DNA of 64,000 nt, from NCBI RefSeq assembly GCF_009914755.1, contig NC_060948.1, one strand, 5' to 3'. The translations under genes were made by a program, and so were the position numbers. Below the pieces are notes generated by a model. That model had not been told where the DNA came from. It saw only the letters and a program-made list of their open reading frames with translations, and did not search any database. Shown here one piece after another: positions 30,340 through 43,506 of this stretch (positions are counted from its first letter, which is position 1; each line of letters opens with the position of its first letter). This DNA comes from the human T2T-CHM13v2.0 reference genome, Homo sapiens.

Positions 30340-30610
30340 AGGCTAGGCACGTTGTCACACGCCTGTAATCCCAGCACCTCGGGAGTCTGCAGCAGGCAGA
30401 TACCTTGAGCCCATGAATTGGAGACCACCCTGGGGAACATGGTGAAAGCCCATCTCTGCCCAAAATACAAAAAAAATAAGCTGAGCTTGGTGGTGCATGC
30501 CTGTGGTCCCAGCTACTTGGGTCGTTGAAGTGGGAGAATCTGTGAGCTGAGATCATGCCACCGCACACCAACCTGGGTGACACAACTCCTTCTCACAAAG
30601 TAAATAAATA
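30340..30610 (+). mobile_element. Alu within old L1 fragments
   Basis: GGCTAGGCAC...GCCTGTAATCCCAGCAC. Confidence 0.85.
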
Positions 30611-31164
30611 GATGTTTCTTGTTCTGGAGAAGCACATTTATTATTATTTCAGCTATATTCCAATCAAATTCCAGGTAAATATATCAACAACTCTTCCTAA
30701 ACCTAGAATAGATGAAATAAGACTGAAGAAGTGCAATGCCAGATGTGATATGAATACTTACACTAAAGCTAATGTAATAAACAAGAGTGTGTCATTCATG
30801 ATTTAATAGACAAGCAGATAAGTGGAACAGAATAGTCAGCCCCAAAACAGGCCCAAGTCAAATGATTTTGTCGAAAATGCAAAGAATGTCCTTTGGAAAC
30901 AATAAGTCTCTTTCACAAGTGGCAAGAAAACAGCTGGAAACTATACGGAAACAAATGAACATAGACACAAATTTTACAGTTAAAAAAATTAGTCAAAAAT
31001 ACCCACACATTAAATTTTTTCAGTGCAAAGTTGTAATTGGAAAATATCTTCATGAGCTTGGGTTTAGTGATGAGTTATTATCAAGTCCATGAAAGAAAAA
31101 AAAACGGATAATATGAACTTTATTGAAAGTTGAAATGTCTACTCTGTAAAACACTCTGTTACCA

Positions 31165-31618
<454 letters not shown>

Positions 31619-32279
31619 TTAGCAAACTTATCTGAAAAGTGACTTGTATGCACAACATATGCAGAAACTCTAAAACTCAAAAAGATAAGCAACCCAATTC
31701 CAAGGTAAAAACCTGAGTAGATACATCACTAAGGAAGATACAGAGATGGAAAACAGGCAGACACACCAAACACTGCTTGCGGAAAGCCTGCTGCTTCTGC
31801 TGAAGGCTGACTCTAAGCCGTCCCATGGGGAGCAGCAGTGGCTGCCAGAGCGGCAAGTGGCTCCAGAGACCGCCCCCACCTACCCCACCTCCGCTCTTCC
31901 TCCAAGGTCCAAGGGTCCTGAAGGCACTAGGCATACTCTCCTAGAAAGAGCCGGAAGCTGGATACTTTATTTCTCGGCTTTCCTTAAAGTTCTGGAAGCT
32001 GCCAAGTATCCTTAAGTTGGAAGTTTTATTTTTTTCCTAAGCACCTTGAGGCACTGAGAAGCATTAGGAGAGTTGGTTTTTAACTCACACTTGTCTTCAT
32101 AAAGAGATAAAAGAATTTGCTCCAACCCCTTTGTATTAAGTTGTTTTAAAATGTTTGGGTCAATATGTTGTTATTTTGCTTTCCTCCAGACACGAAACAC
32201 AGAAAAAGCATTAAGTAAAAACCGAATAGGGAGTCATCATAAATTCATGGATACTATTTAGTTTTTCATTAAACCTGCC

Positions 32280-33950
32280 TTTTTTTATTGTAATTTAAAT
32301 TCTAGGATACATGTGCAGAACAGGCAGTTTTGTTACATAGGTGTACATGTGCCACGGTGGTTTGCTGCACCCATCAACCCATCATGTAAGTTTTAAGCCC
32401 TGAATGCATTAGGTATTTGTCCTAATGATCTCCTTCCACTTACCCCCTACTCCCTGACAGGCCCCATTGTGTCCTCATTGTTCCATTCCCACTTATGCAT
32501 GAGAATAGGTAGTGTTTGCTTTTCTGTTCCTGTGTTAGCTTGCTGAGAATGACGGTTTCCACTTCATTCATGTCTCTGAAAAGGACATGAACTTATTCAT
32601 TTTTGTGGCTGCATAGTATTCCATCGTGTATATGTGCCACATTTTCTTTATCCAGTCTATAATTGATGGGCATCTGGGTTTGTGCCATGTCTTTTTTGTG
32701 TGTAAATAGTGCTGCAATAAGCATACATGTGCAGTTTCCTTAGAGTAGAATGATTTACAATACTCTGGGTGTATACCACATAATGGGATTGCTGGGTCAA
32801 ATGGTATTTCTGGTTATAGATCCTTGAGGAATCACCACACTGTCTTCCACAGTGATTGAACTAATTTATACTCCCACCAGCAGCATAGAGCATTCCTTTT
32901 TCTCCACATCTTCGCCAGCATCTGTGGTTTCCTGACTTTTTAATGGTCACCATTCTGACCGATGTGAGACAGTATCTCATTGTGGTTTTGATGTGCATTT
33001 CTCTAATGCTCAGTGATGCTGAGCTTTTTTTATATATATTTGTTGGCTGATTAAATGTCTTCTTTTGAGAAGTGTCTGTTGATATCCTTTACCACTTTTT
33101 GTTGGGGTTTGTTTTTTATTTTCTTATAAAATTTTTTAAGTTCCTTGTAGCTTTTGGATATTAGACCTTTGTCAGATAGATAGGTTGAAAAAATGTTTTC
33201 ACATTCTGTATGTTGCCTGTTCACTCTGACGATATTTTCTTTTGCTGTGGAGAAGCTCCTTAGATTAATTAGGTCCCATTTGTCAATTTCGGATTTTGTT
33301 GCAATTGTTTTTTGGTCTTTTTGTCATGAAGTTTTTGCCCATGCCTATATCCTGAATGGTATTGCCTAGATTTTCTTCTAGGGTTTTTAGGGTTTTAGGT
33401 TTTACATTTAAGTCTTTTAATTCATCTTGAGTTAAGTTTTGTATGTGATGTAAGAAAGGGATTCAGTTTCAGGTTTCTGCATATGGCTCGCCAGTTTTCC
33501 CAGACCAGGGAATCCTTCCCTAGTTGCTTGTTTTTGTCAGGCTTGTCAAAGATCAGATCACTGTAGATGTGTGAATTACTTTAAGCAGTATGGTCATTTT
33601 AGGATAGAGCAGGATTTCAATCCCAGCTTTTTTTTTTTTTTTTACTTTCCATTTGCTTTGTAAATATTCCTCCATCCTTTTATTTTGAGCCTATGTGTGT
33701 CTTCACCCATGATATCAGTCTCCTGAATACAGCACACCAAAGGGTCTTGATTCTATCCAATTTGTCAGTCTGTGCACTTTAATTGGCAAATTTAGTTCAC
33801 TTACATTTAAGGTTAATATTTGTACGGGTCAATTTGATCCTGGCATGGCAATACTAGCTGGTTATTTTGCATATTAATTGATCCACTTTCTTCTTAGTGT
33901 TGTTGGTCTTTATATTTTGCTACTTTTTTTAGTGATGAATACTGGTTTTG
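32280..33950 (-). mobile_element. L1PA 3' end plus a non-contiguous upstream ORF2 piece
   Basis: Reverse-complement L1 3' UTR (GGATACATGTGCAG...GGTTTGCTGCACCCATCAAC) and ORF2 motifs; internal jump near 33580-33620. Confidence 0.85.
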
Positions 33951-34180
33951 TTTTGTGTTGTTTTGTTTTCTGAGACAGAGTCTCGCTTTATTGGCCAGTA
34001 TGGAGTGCAGTGCTGCGATGTCAGCTCACTGCAAGCTCCAACTCCCAGGTTCCTGCCATTCTCCTGCCTCAGCCTCCTGAGTCCAAGTACCTTTGACTAC
34101 AGGCACCCGCCACCATGCCCAGCTAATTTTTTGTATTTTTAGTAGAAATGGGGTTTCACCATATTAGACAGGATGGCCTT
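33945..34180 (-). mobile_element. Alu (partial)
   Basis: CAGCTCACTGCAAGCTCC...TTTTTAGTAGAAATGGGG. Confidence 0.85.
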
Positions 34181-34184
34181 TTAC

Positions 34185-34510
34185 CTTTAGTTAAATAAGT
34201 TAGAGTAGAAACAAAGGAATGCGGGGTGTTTACCTAAGTAGCTTGCTTAGTCATGTGGTCCTAAGACTAATATTTGACTTAGCACAGTGCTAAATTGCTT
34301 TCTAACTGGGAAGTCCACACTGTCAATTACCCTTTAGTGGTGTTAACTAGAGCCTTGGTCAATTAATCCGTACTGAATAAATGCAAGTCTCACTAGCTGG
34401 CTGGGGCCACAGTCAAAACTGTTTGCAATAATTTGCCTGTAGTCTGTAAGCAGCTTGATGTTCAGCTGGACTGGCAAAGCATAATATCTGTGTGCTTTAT
34501 TCATCCATTT
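34185..34510 (+). mobile_element. LTR22 (HML-5)-like fragment
   Basis: AATAAATGCAAGTCTC...CAGCTGGACTGGCAAAGCATAATATCTGTGTG resembles recalled LTR22. Confidence 0.65.
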
Positions 34511-34964
34511 ATTCATTGTAGAAATCATGAATTAAAAAAATAACAGGATAAATGCGACAATATGTACTAGCATATTTTTTTCTTTCTTTTTTTTTAGTTT
34601 TTACTAAGTAGAGCTTAGAATATGATCAGTTTTCTGTGGCACAACACATGCCTGCTTCTTTTGGCAGCAATTATAGAATAATGAGAAAACAATAATAACA
34701 AAAAGTGCCAGTCTGAAGAGATCATGTATTTTATGATCATATTTCTATGACATTATAGAAATGTCTACAGAGAAGGTAAGCAGACCTGTGATGTACAGTG
34801 GTTTGTAGGGGAAAGAGAGTGAGTTGAATAGGGGAATAGGATGTTGGAAAGGGGGTACAAATGGGCCAGTTAGACTTAGACTGCCTCTGGTTCGTGAGGT
34901 CATGCTTGGTGTGTGGAAGAGCCAGGAGTGTGTAGTACAAGCATGATAAGAAGGTTTCTACTCA

Positions 34965-35288
34965 GCCAGATGTGGTGGCTCACCACATCTGCAGTCCCAC
35001 CACTTTGGGAGGCTGAGTTGGGTGGATCACTAGGTCACGAGGTTGAGACCATCATGGCTAACACGGTGACACCCTACCTCTACTAAAAATACAAAAATTA
35101 GCCAGGCATGGTGGTGGGCACCTTTAGTCCCAGCTACTCAGGAGGCTGATGAAGGAGAATGGCATGAATATGGGAGTTGGAGCTTGCAGTGAGCAGAGAC
35201 CACACCACTGCACACCAACCTAGGCCACAAAGGAAGACTCTGTTTCAAAACAAAAACAAACACAAAACAACAACAGCAACAAAAAACA
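34965..35288 (+). mobile_element. AluY-like
   Basis: GAGACCATCATGGCTAACACGGTGA, GGAGAATGGCATGAA. Confidence 0.9.
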
Positions 35289-35379
35289 AAGGCTTCTACT
35301 CACTCTAGGAGAGAGAAGGGTCCTCTTCTTTCCACATGGAACTATCTCAGGACTAGTTCTCAGGAAGCCTTTTTGGTAT

Positions 35380-36610
35380 GTGGTAAAAGAAACGTAACAT
35401 AAATTTACCAATCTAAACATTTGTAGGTGTACAGGTAAGTGGCATTATGTATGTTCATGTTACTGTGCAACCATCACCACCATTTCACATTCTCACCAGC
35501 AATGCACAAGGGTTCCATTTTCTCCACATACTCCCCAACTCTCCCTTTTTCAAAAAAAAAAAAAAAGACATTCTAGTGGGTTTAAGGTGATAATCTCATT
35601 GTGATTTAGATATCCATTTACCTAATGGCTAATGATGTCGAACATATCTTTCTGCGCTTATTGGCACTGAACTTGTTAATGGTTTCCTGGGTATGACAGA
35701 GAATGCACAGAAAACAAAAGAAAAAATAGATAAATTGAACTTCATTAAAACTAAAATCTTTCATGCTTCAAAGGGCACTATCAGGATGGTCAATAGAAAA
35801 CCAACAGCATAGGACAAAATATTTTCAAGTCATATATAAGGGTAAGGGCCTAGTATCCAGGATATAGGAGAAATTCTTACAACTCAAGAACAAAAAGACA
35901 ATCAACCCAATTAAAAAAATGATAGAGAAATTGAAAATACTTTTCTCCAAAGATACACACACACACAAAAACACATAAAAATTAGCTCAACATCACTTAT
36001 TTCAGGGAAATGCAGATCAAAACCACAAGAAGACACCACTTTTCACCCATTGTAATTATTATTATTTAAAAACCATGAACGAACAAGGGTTGACGTGGAA
36101 GTGGAGAAAAACAAAAGTAAAATAGTTCATCTGCTGTGGAAAATAGTTTGGTGTTTCTGCAAAAAGCTAAACATGGAACCATCATAGAAACCAGCAAATC
36201 CCCCCCACCTCAGGTATATACACAAAAAATATAAAGCAGGTATTCAAACAAAACTGTGTGTGCACATATACTCATGGAAGAATTATTCACAATAACTAAA
36301 ATGTGGAAACAAACCAAATGTCCACAAACAAATAATAGGAAAACAAAATGTAGTATACCTATACAATGGCATAATATCTAGCCATAAAAAGATTGAGACA
36401 CTCATACTACAATGTGAAGATACTGCAAAACCATTGTGTTTAAAGAAGCTAAGCACAAAAGTCACATAGTGTATGATTTTATGTATATAAATGTCCAGAA
36501 TAAGTAATTTCATAGAGAAAGAAAGCAGATTTGCTAATTGTCAGGGGTCAGAAAGAGGACAGATTGGGTAGTAGTTCCTTAATAGGTAGGGGATTTACTT
36601 CAGTAAAAAA
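35380..36610. mobile_element. Old L1 (L1MA/MB) pieces in opposite orientations (~35380-35668 minus, ~35669-36610 plus)
   Basis: CACATTCTCACCAGCAATGCACAAGGGTTCC (minus) and GAAATGCAGATCAAAACCACAA (plus). Confidence 0.7.
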
Positions 36611-36769
36611 TATCCTATCCCCAGTATTCCAACAGCAGGCTGAGCTCTCATTCCATGGTGTCCCCTTAACCTGGGGTTCAAGTCCCCCCACAGTCCGGAA
36701 GTGCCTGGGGCCTGAGCAGGCACATTCTGGACACATACTCCAGCCATTGTGTCCACCAGCTCCTAGACC

Positions 36770-37504
36770 TGTTACCGGTGAAAAGTATCTGAGTTACTGG
36801 CAGCAAATCCGTCCGGGTCTTTAGCAATATCAATTCTTGCCTCCTCAGGTGAAAGAATTCAACTGGTGGGCATAAAGAAGGAAGAAGGAAGAAAATGCCA
36901 TGGCAAGTTTCACAGCAGGAGTGGACGTTTATTAAAAAGCTTTAGAGCAGGAAAGAATGAAAATTGCACTCGAAAGAGATCCAAATGGGTGACTTGAAGA
37001 AGTGTGGCCATTAACCTTCCTTCTGGGACATTTTAGGCTGGCCTACCGCCAGCATCTGGTGCACCCTTTCCCATGATTCTTCCCCTAGCATGGGCTGCCC
37101 ACAGGCACAGTGCCCTCCTTACCCTTGGGAAGTAAGTATAGACAGTGTGTTTAAGCAGTTATATGTATGCCCATCTGAGGCTTCCTCCCTTTTATTGGTG
37201 GGGTGACCCCAGAAAGTCATACTCCACCATTTTGTCTCTTAATGTGCACTCCTGGGTTCAGTCATCCAATGTCTGAGATTTTATGGGACGCCCTTTTTCC
37301 TCCTCTCTGGCATGTGAGTTTAATTAACACTTTAATGTTACCAGCTGTGTATCAGGCTATCCCTGGCCCCAGCCGCTAAATTATTATTTTTAGAGAAGCA
37401 ATATGATAACTGTCCAACCATCACCCGATGGCCTGACATTCCTGGTATGCGGATGTGGAGAACCCGCTCTTGCCCCACTCATGACTGTTTAACCAACTGT
37501 AACA
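36770..37504 (-). mobile_element. ERV1 solo LTR, MER50/MER51-like
   Basis: TGTTAC...GTAACA termini; CAATTCTTGCCTCCTCAG, GATGGCCTGACATTCCTGG. Confidence 0.7.
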
Positions 37505-38329
37505 AACCCACGGGCCAATTTCACTTCCAGGTCAGTTTTTCTCTGCTGCCTTTCCGGACACCCAGTGATCAGTGATGCCTCCTCAGGGTTTACAAGGTCT
37601 TCAGTATCATGCTCTATTTTGATCCAGACCTCAGCACATAATATCCATGGGTTGTTCCATTTCAATAAAGGGAAATTAACATTTTCTGATCACAAGTGCA
37701 TGCAGGTGTCTTACTCAGGTGAACTCACAGCAACTCTGCAAAGTATGGGTAGTCCCACATGTAGAGAAAAATGCCAGGATCCAGTGACTGAGTGACTCAC
37801 TTTCAATCACACAGCTTCCAAGTAACTTCATACTCACATTCCAGCCCATGGCCTGGTCTCCAGTTGTCATTTAGAAAAGGTTTGCGAGTACTTGAACATA
37901 TGCCCAGGCCACACCCAGACTTATTTGTAACAACAAAGATGAGCTCCAGGGACAATGGTTGACAAGACCCACCCAGTCATCTTTCTTCCATTCAGAGCCA
38001 TTGTAGTACTCGATACTCATCAGAAACAGTCTCTTATCCCAAAGCCCTCTCATACATAGGGTGTATCAATGGGAATGGGTCACACATGGGGCACAAAGGG
38101 CAAATTTAGTGAGGGAATCAGAGCCAGCACATAAAGAAGGAGCTGGTGATTCCAAGTGTAAAGAAAGGCGGTATGCTAAGAAGTTATTGCCCTGGAGGGT
38201 GAAGGATACAAGAGGTTTGTATGACTAAATCAGAGGGAGCAAGAGAGAAAGCAGGCAATGGACCAAACACTTAGCACAAGGGACAGTGATTCCTTAACAA
38301 GGTCGATGCAGACCTACCATGACATGATG

Positions 38330-38860
38330 TGGCCACTGCACTCCTAGGAATGAACCATGAGAAATGAAGGCAAGCTCACAGGCTACATACATAAATAAAT
38401 ATTCATGACATCCTTACACATAATGGTCCCAAACCAGGAGCCCAAATGCCCATACACAGAAGAAGGGTGAACAAGCTGTGGCACATCTATACAATGGCAT
38501 GTGGCTCAGCATGAAAAGGAATGGACTGTTGATGCACTCAGAACAGAGTGACTCTGAAAGTAGTTCTGCTGAATAAAAGAAGCCAGATCAGAACGATGCA
38601 CAAAGACCCAAGTACATACTGTATTTACCTGTAATTCTATAAAATACCCACAAGTTTTTAGTGAAAGAAGCAGATCTGTGGTCCTAGGGTGGCCAGGGAG
38701 TGATCGTTATTGATGGGAGGAAGATGTGTTTTCATGACCTTCATCACACTTCTGGCCTTGCGGTGAATGAAATACTCACATGGAGAAACCATCAGTTCTT
38801 CCATCTACACAGGTGCAGTTTACCATATGCCAATCACATGCCAACAAAGCTGTTTCTAAA
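38330..38860 (+). mobile_element. Old L1 (L1ME-like) 3' fragment
   Basis: CTGAATAAAAGAAGCCAGA, AACAAAGCTGTTT. Confidence 0.5.
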
Positions 38861-39590
38861 TAAGCAATCATGATCCAGAGCAAGGAATAAGGTTGGGCAG
38901 GAGACCTGATGAGGCAGATTGTTTTCTTTTCCTAATCTATAAGGCTGCACACTGAAATTAAGTTGGCCCTGAGCTCAGACACTGAACAGGCCTTTGGGAA
39001 AGGCTCACACAGTCCTTCCTCCTGAACAGAAGAGTGACCACCTAACACAATACCCAGCTGCCCCTCAGGAACTTTATATGTCAATGTGACCTTCCCATCC
39101 TTGTGTCTGTTTTCTGCAATTTCCTCTTTCAGGCAGAAGCCAATGTGGCCTCTGATGTAGAGGAAATAATGTTAAAGTTCTAATATGGACATTCTGGTTC
39201 CATCATAGTAGAGAAACGGGTTGCATCTTCTCTCTTCACGACAAAGAGAAGGGAAAAGCCATGAGAACAATGTCCACAGTTGTGTGATCAGGTTGCAAGT
39301 GGAGGAAGAACATCGCCATGCCAAGGAAGCAGCAGGGCAACTGAAGGTGAAGGTTTCTGCAGAGGAAAGAAGGAAGCTTAGGGATTCCCAGAGGAAATCA
39401 TCCTTCCCATTTGTAGGCCCCTGGTTTGAAGGCCAGTTCCTCTTGTCCCAATGTGAAATGAGCGTGTGACAATCCCCATTTCAGCCTTAATGCTAATTAC
39501 AGAGGCAAACGTGAGAGACCAACAGTTTTTAAAAAATGCAAACAAACAAAAAAAACAAACAAAGGCAAATATGATCAACAGACAACTCAC

Positions 39591-39706
39591 CTCCAGAGAA
39601 ATGAGTCTTTAAGATCCTTCTTCCTTCTGGCCTCAAGACCTCTGTTCAAGGAAAGTTCAGAACACATGCTCCCCGTAGTCTCAGAGAAGTATAAAATATT
39701 GCATCC
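39591..39706 (-). CDS. PRY: PRY middle coding exon (GCNILYFSETTGSMCSELSLNRGLEARRKKDLKDSFLW-R)
   Basis: tttttcag acceptor, GTGAG donor, 116 nt, in frame with both neighbouring exons. Confidence 0.92.
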
Positions 39707-40091
39707 CTGAAAAATAACAAAATTTAGGAAGATAATAGGAAAATTCAGAGATTAGGAACAACAGCTTGAAATTCTCTTAAAATGTGTAACTCTCAAAAAT
39801 TGGAAGACAGAATCTAAAAAATATTTCAAAACCACATACAATTAACAAAATAAACCTAAGAAAAGTGGTTAGCTCTCTGGGAGATTTGTCCCATAGTTGC
39901 AGTAGCGAAATAGCATTTGACATGTAAAAACCCAGGGAGGCAGTTATAAAAGCTCTGGGAATGACAGCTCCACCCCAGGCCTAGAGAGATGTTGGTGGGA
40001 TAGGAACAGGAAAACGGAAGGTGTCCACCAGTGATTTTTCAGGTGGGAGGTTAGAAATGAGGGAAGATGATAAGGATGTGATAAAAGGAGA

Positions 40092-40175
40092 TTTAATTTG
40101 AATTTTAATTTAGTTCCAACTTAATTTAATTTAATTTTAAATTTAATTTAATTTTAATTTAATTTAATTTTAAAT
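40092..40175. repeat. (AATTT)n low-complexity repeat
   Basis: Direct read. Confidence 0.85.
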
Positions 40176-42281
40176 AGAAAGAAAGAAGAAAAGGCAATTA
40201 GAAACTCCAAGAAAAGAGAAAGCTAAAGAAAAAATATGTATATACCTATAGAATACCAAGAAATGTAGGTGAATTCAAAGTGCCAATATACTTCCTACAA
40301 GAAGAAAGTCACAAGATTCTATTGCATTGGATTGAAAAAATATATACATAAATATACATATACTCTACAGTTACTTTCAACATCAATGATAACTAAGAAA
40401 GAAACTAAAATCATGATATTTCTATCATTGGGTGAGGGTGGAGGAAAGGTCAGAGGTCTAAGAAACTCAGCCTTCCTCTGTTGTACCAGGTGTTAACAGG
40501 TAATTCAGGGGACTAGGGTTAGGTGCACATGGTGGCAGTTCCTTCTGAGTTACCCTTGCCTCATCTCTGTATTTTTCAGTCATGTGCATATATTTTTATT
40601 TTCAAAATAAAATATATGGGAAGTAATTTGTGGTGTCAGAGACTCTAGGAAGATTCTCTGTTCCAGGGTACGGGTTCCACATCTAATTAAACACCACAGA
40701 TTCCAGCAGAAAATCCTAGCTCTACCCACACTTCCACTCCCTCAAACAAGACTCAAGTAATCACCACATCCAGCTCAAAAACTCAAGATCTGTCCAAAGC
40801 AGATCCACGTGTAGCCATCAGCAAGGGTATCAATAGACACAGCCACAGAGGTGTCTGCAGTGCATCATGAAGTCCAGCCGCTAGCAGTAGACCAACTGCA
40901 CAGTCTGGAAGGAAATTTTCTTGGAGGATGCCAATGCTAGAGGAACCAGCCATGATGCAGGTGCAGCCATAGAGGGGTCCATCATGTTACTGCAAGCAGC
41001 CAGAGGGCAGAGGTAATGAGCAGGAAAGATGAGGGGGAGGGTGGCGACATCATGGTTGGGCCCCTACTGGTACATGTTGCCACCCTGCAGTGGCCTGTGG
41101 GAAACAGAGAACACCGTATTTTGGTGGGCAGAGGCTCTCTCAGGCCAGAGCAGTAGGACCTGGAAAGAAACTGAAGCCAAGCTCAGGAATGTGGGTTCCT
41201 GTTTCAATTTGGCTACTGGTGGCTGTGGACCCCAGGATATAACAAATTACATGCCTTTACCGTTTTCCCTGTGGCTGCAAAGACTTGGGTCAGGCTCTGA
41301 ATTACCTGGCCCCCTTGAGGCGCTTAATAAAGCTTATTACTGGAAACTGATAATATATTAGCACTTTATTTACAATGACCTTCAATGAAGTGTTGTTCTC
41401 CAGTATTGAAAATAGGAAAACAATTATCAAGAGCTTAATAGTTATGGGATTAAATGATGGTTGATCCTCAAGAACTATTAGGCAGCACTTGATAATAAAG
41501 CATTGGTATTTCATGAATGCTCACTGTGTCTCAATTGTACTCTTAGGCTTTTGACAACCAGCCTGACTTAAGCTTTGCAAAAATCCCCATGGCAGATCCT
41601 GGCACCATCTCTATTTTACAGGTGAAAGGTCACATGAACCTGCTTAGGGACACATACCTGGGCAGGGCAGGATCTAAATGGAAGCAGGCCCAAGAGGTGT
41701 CAAGAAAGATGCTAATATCCTAATGGTATGTGGAAAGGAGGAGCAAATGTGCACATGGTGTGAAGGCCAGACAAGATTTAGGACAGCCCTAAATGTAGAA
41801 CAGATCCACAGCAGGCCAGCCTCCAGTTTTCTTATTCTTAAATGATCCTCCTCATCAAGTAAAGATCACAGAGTGCAGGGAGGCTGCTCAAAAAAGTACT
41901 GATATGTAGCAGAAACATGAGAAAAGCAAAAGAAACAAAATACTAAAAATAAACACACCACAATGACAGCTGAGTTTGTCTTTAGGTGGCCGGCCTACAA
42001 GTGTCTTTTTCTAAGTCTGTTTTCACCATTCTCCAAAATAGACATAAATTTAGGTAATGTGTCCAGCTGCAGGAACAAGTGTTGGGTCAGAGGAAACTGC
42101 TTCCCAAACCTGGCCCCTGACCCAGGCTCCTTGCTGGCAGCTTCCCCTTCCCTGTGGTCTGTCCTGATCCCAGTGACAGGGCACTATCATCCCTACACAT
42201 ATTCCATGTCCTAGTCCCCACTAAAATGTAGAGGGGTACTGAACAGGTGAGATGTTCTCATGGCCCATATGATGACAGTAC

Positions 42282-42350
42282 CTGGCAGTCAGTGCCATTC
42301 AAATTGTCTTGTCTCCAGGAAAGTAGAAAGCCAAGCCCAGTGGCTCCCAT
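42282..42350 (-). CDS. PRY: PRY first coding segment (MGATGLGFLLSWRQDNLNGTDCQ); exon begins at 42402
   Basis: ATG at 42350, CAG|GTACTG donor, ttttag acceptor at 42405-42403; spliced CDS is 23+39+85 = 147 aa. Confidence 0.92.
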
Positions 42351-42578
42351 TGTCCTTGAGTGGTCTCTTGGGATTGTTGAGGCCCATTTTATTCATGTCT
42401 CTCTAAAAGAGATAAGATGGGAGAAGAGGTTTTGTGGGACTCTGAGGTACATCCTTCTTCCCAGCAGGTAAAGCAAGCCTGCTGGCTGGAAAATGCTGTT
42501 ACCACAGGGGCACCCCAATATTCTTTGTTCATCTCTGGCCCTATCTTTGGTCTAAACCAACAACCCATAATTACTAAC

Positions 42579-43164
42579 TGTGGGAAACAAAGTTTCTGGG
42601 GTGCCAATTAAGTTGGTCTCCCCTGTATGAGACACCCATGGGGAGCCATGGGCAGCCTCTGAGAAGAAAAATCTCCTTATTACCTTCATGTATTTATGCC
42701 CCCAGAGCATAACCACTCAGCGGCATTCCACTGGTTGCTCAGGAAGATAACGTTCCCTTGAAGCAGTGGAATATAATAAAACATCTTGGCTCCTCCTGAA
42801 ACCCACTCCCACCCATTTCAGTCATGATAAGTTGAAGATCTTAAGTAGTTTAGACACATGCCTTTGCTCAAGGAAATTCACAGAAACCACCAGTGCTATA
42901 CATCTTATTGAATGGCTGATGAGTTCTCCTTCACTGCTTAATCCTTTTCCTTATTCCTTCCTCCCCCTCCCATCTCCTTAAGGACAAAGAATTTGTAAAC
43001 CAATAAATTGGGTGGAGCCTGAGAGCTCCAGGCCATGAGCAAGTCTCCAATGCTCTGGTGCCCTGGACCTACCTTTTAAGTGCTTATTCTGTCTCTTTCT
43101 AACACCTTTGTCTCCTCCAGATTCGGGGTACCCACTGGGTCTTATGTGGCTGGTTTCCCCAACA
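42579..43164 (+). mobile_element. Solo ERVK LTR, LTR14 (HML-1/HERV-K14)-like
   Basis: TG...CA termini, 586 bp, perfect 5-bp TSD CTAAC, internal AATAAA; start TGTGGGAAACAAAGTTTCTGGGGTGCC resembles LTR14B/C. Confidence 0.8.
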
Positions 43165-43411
43165 CTAACCTGGGACATTCCAAATCTTGGTGCTTGTGTT
43201 GTCTCTCAAATCAACTCACCAAGCCCTCCTCAGAAAACGCAATGCCCTTTTCTGCAGCCAAAGACCTCATTATGCCACACAGTGACCTTGAAATGCAGAG
43301 GGGCAGCCACAACCCCACTTGGGCCTGTTCTGAACCTGAGATCTCTGGTTTCAGTGATCTCACAGCCAGTTGATTGAAAGGGACAGGGAAGTGTGTGGAG
43401 GAAGCACTCTC

Positions 43412-43478
43412 CACACCACTGCACTGCAGCCTGGACAACAGAATGAGACCCCATCTCAAAAAAAAAAAAAAAAAAAAA
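43412..43478 (+). mobile_element. Alu 3' fragment with A tail
   Basis: CACCACTGCACTGCAGCCTGG...ATCTC followed by poly(A). Confidence 0.8.
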
Positions 43479-43506
43479 CCTTTAAAAATGCATCCTATTT
43501 TTTTCT

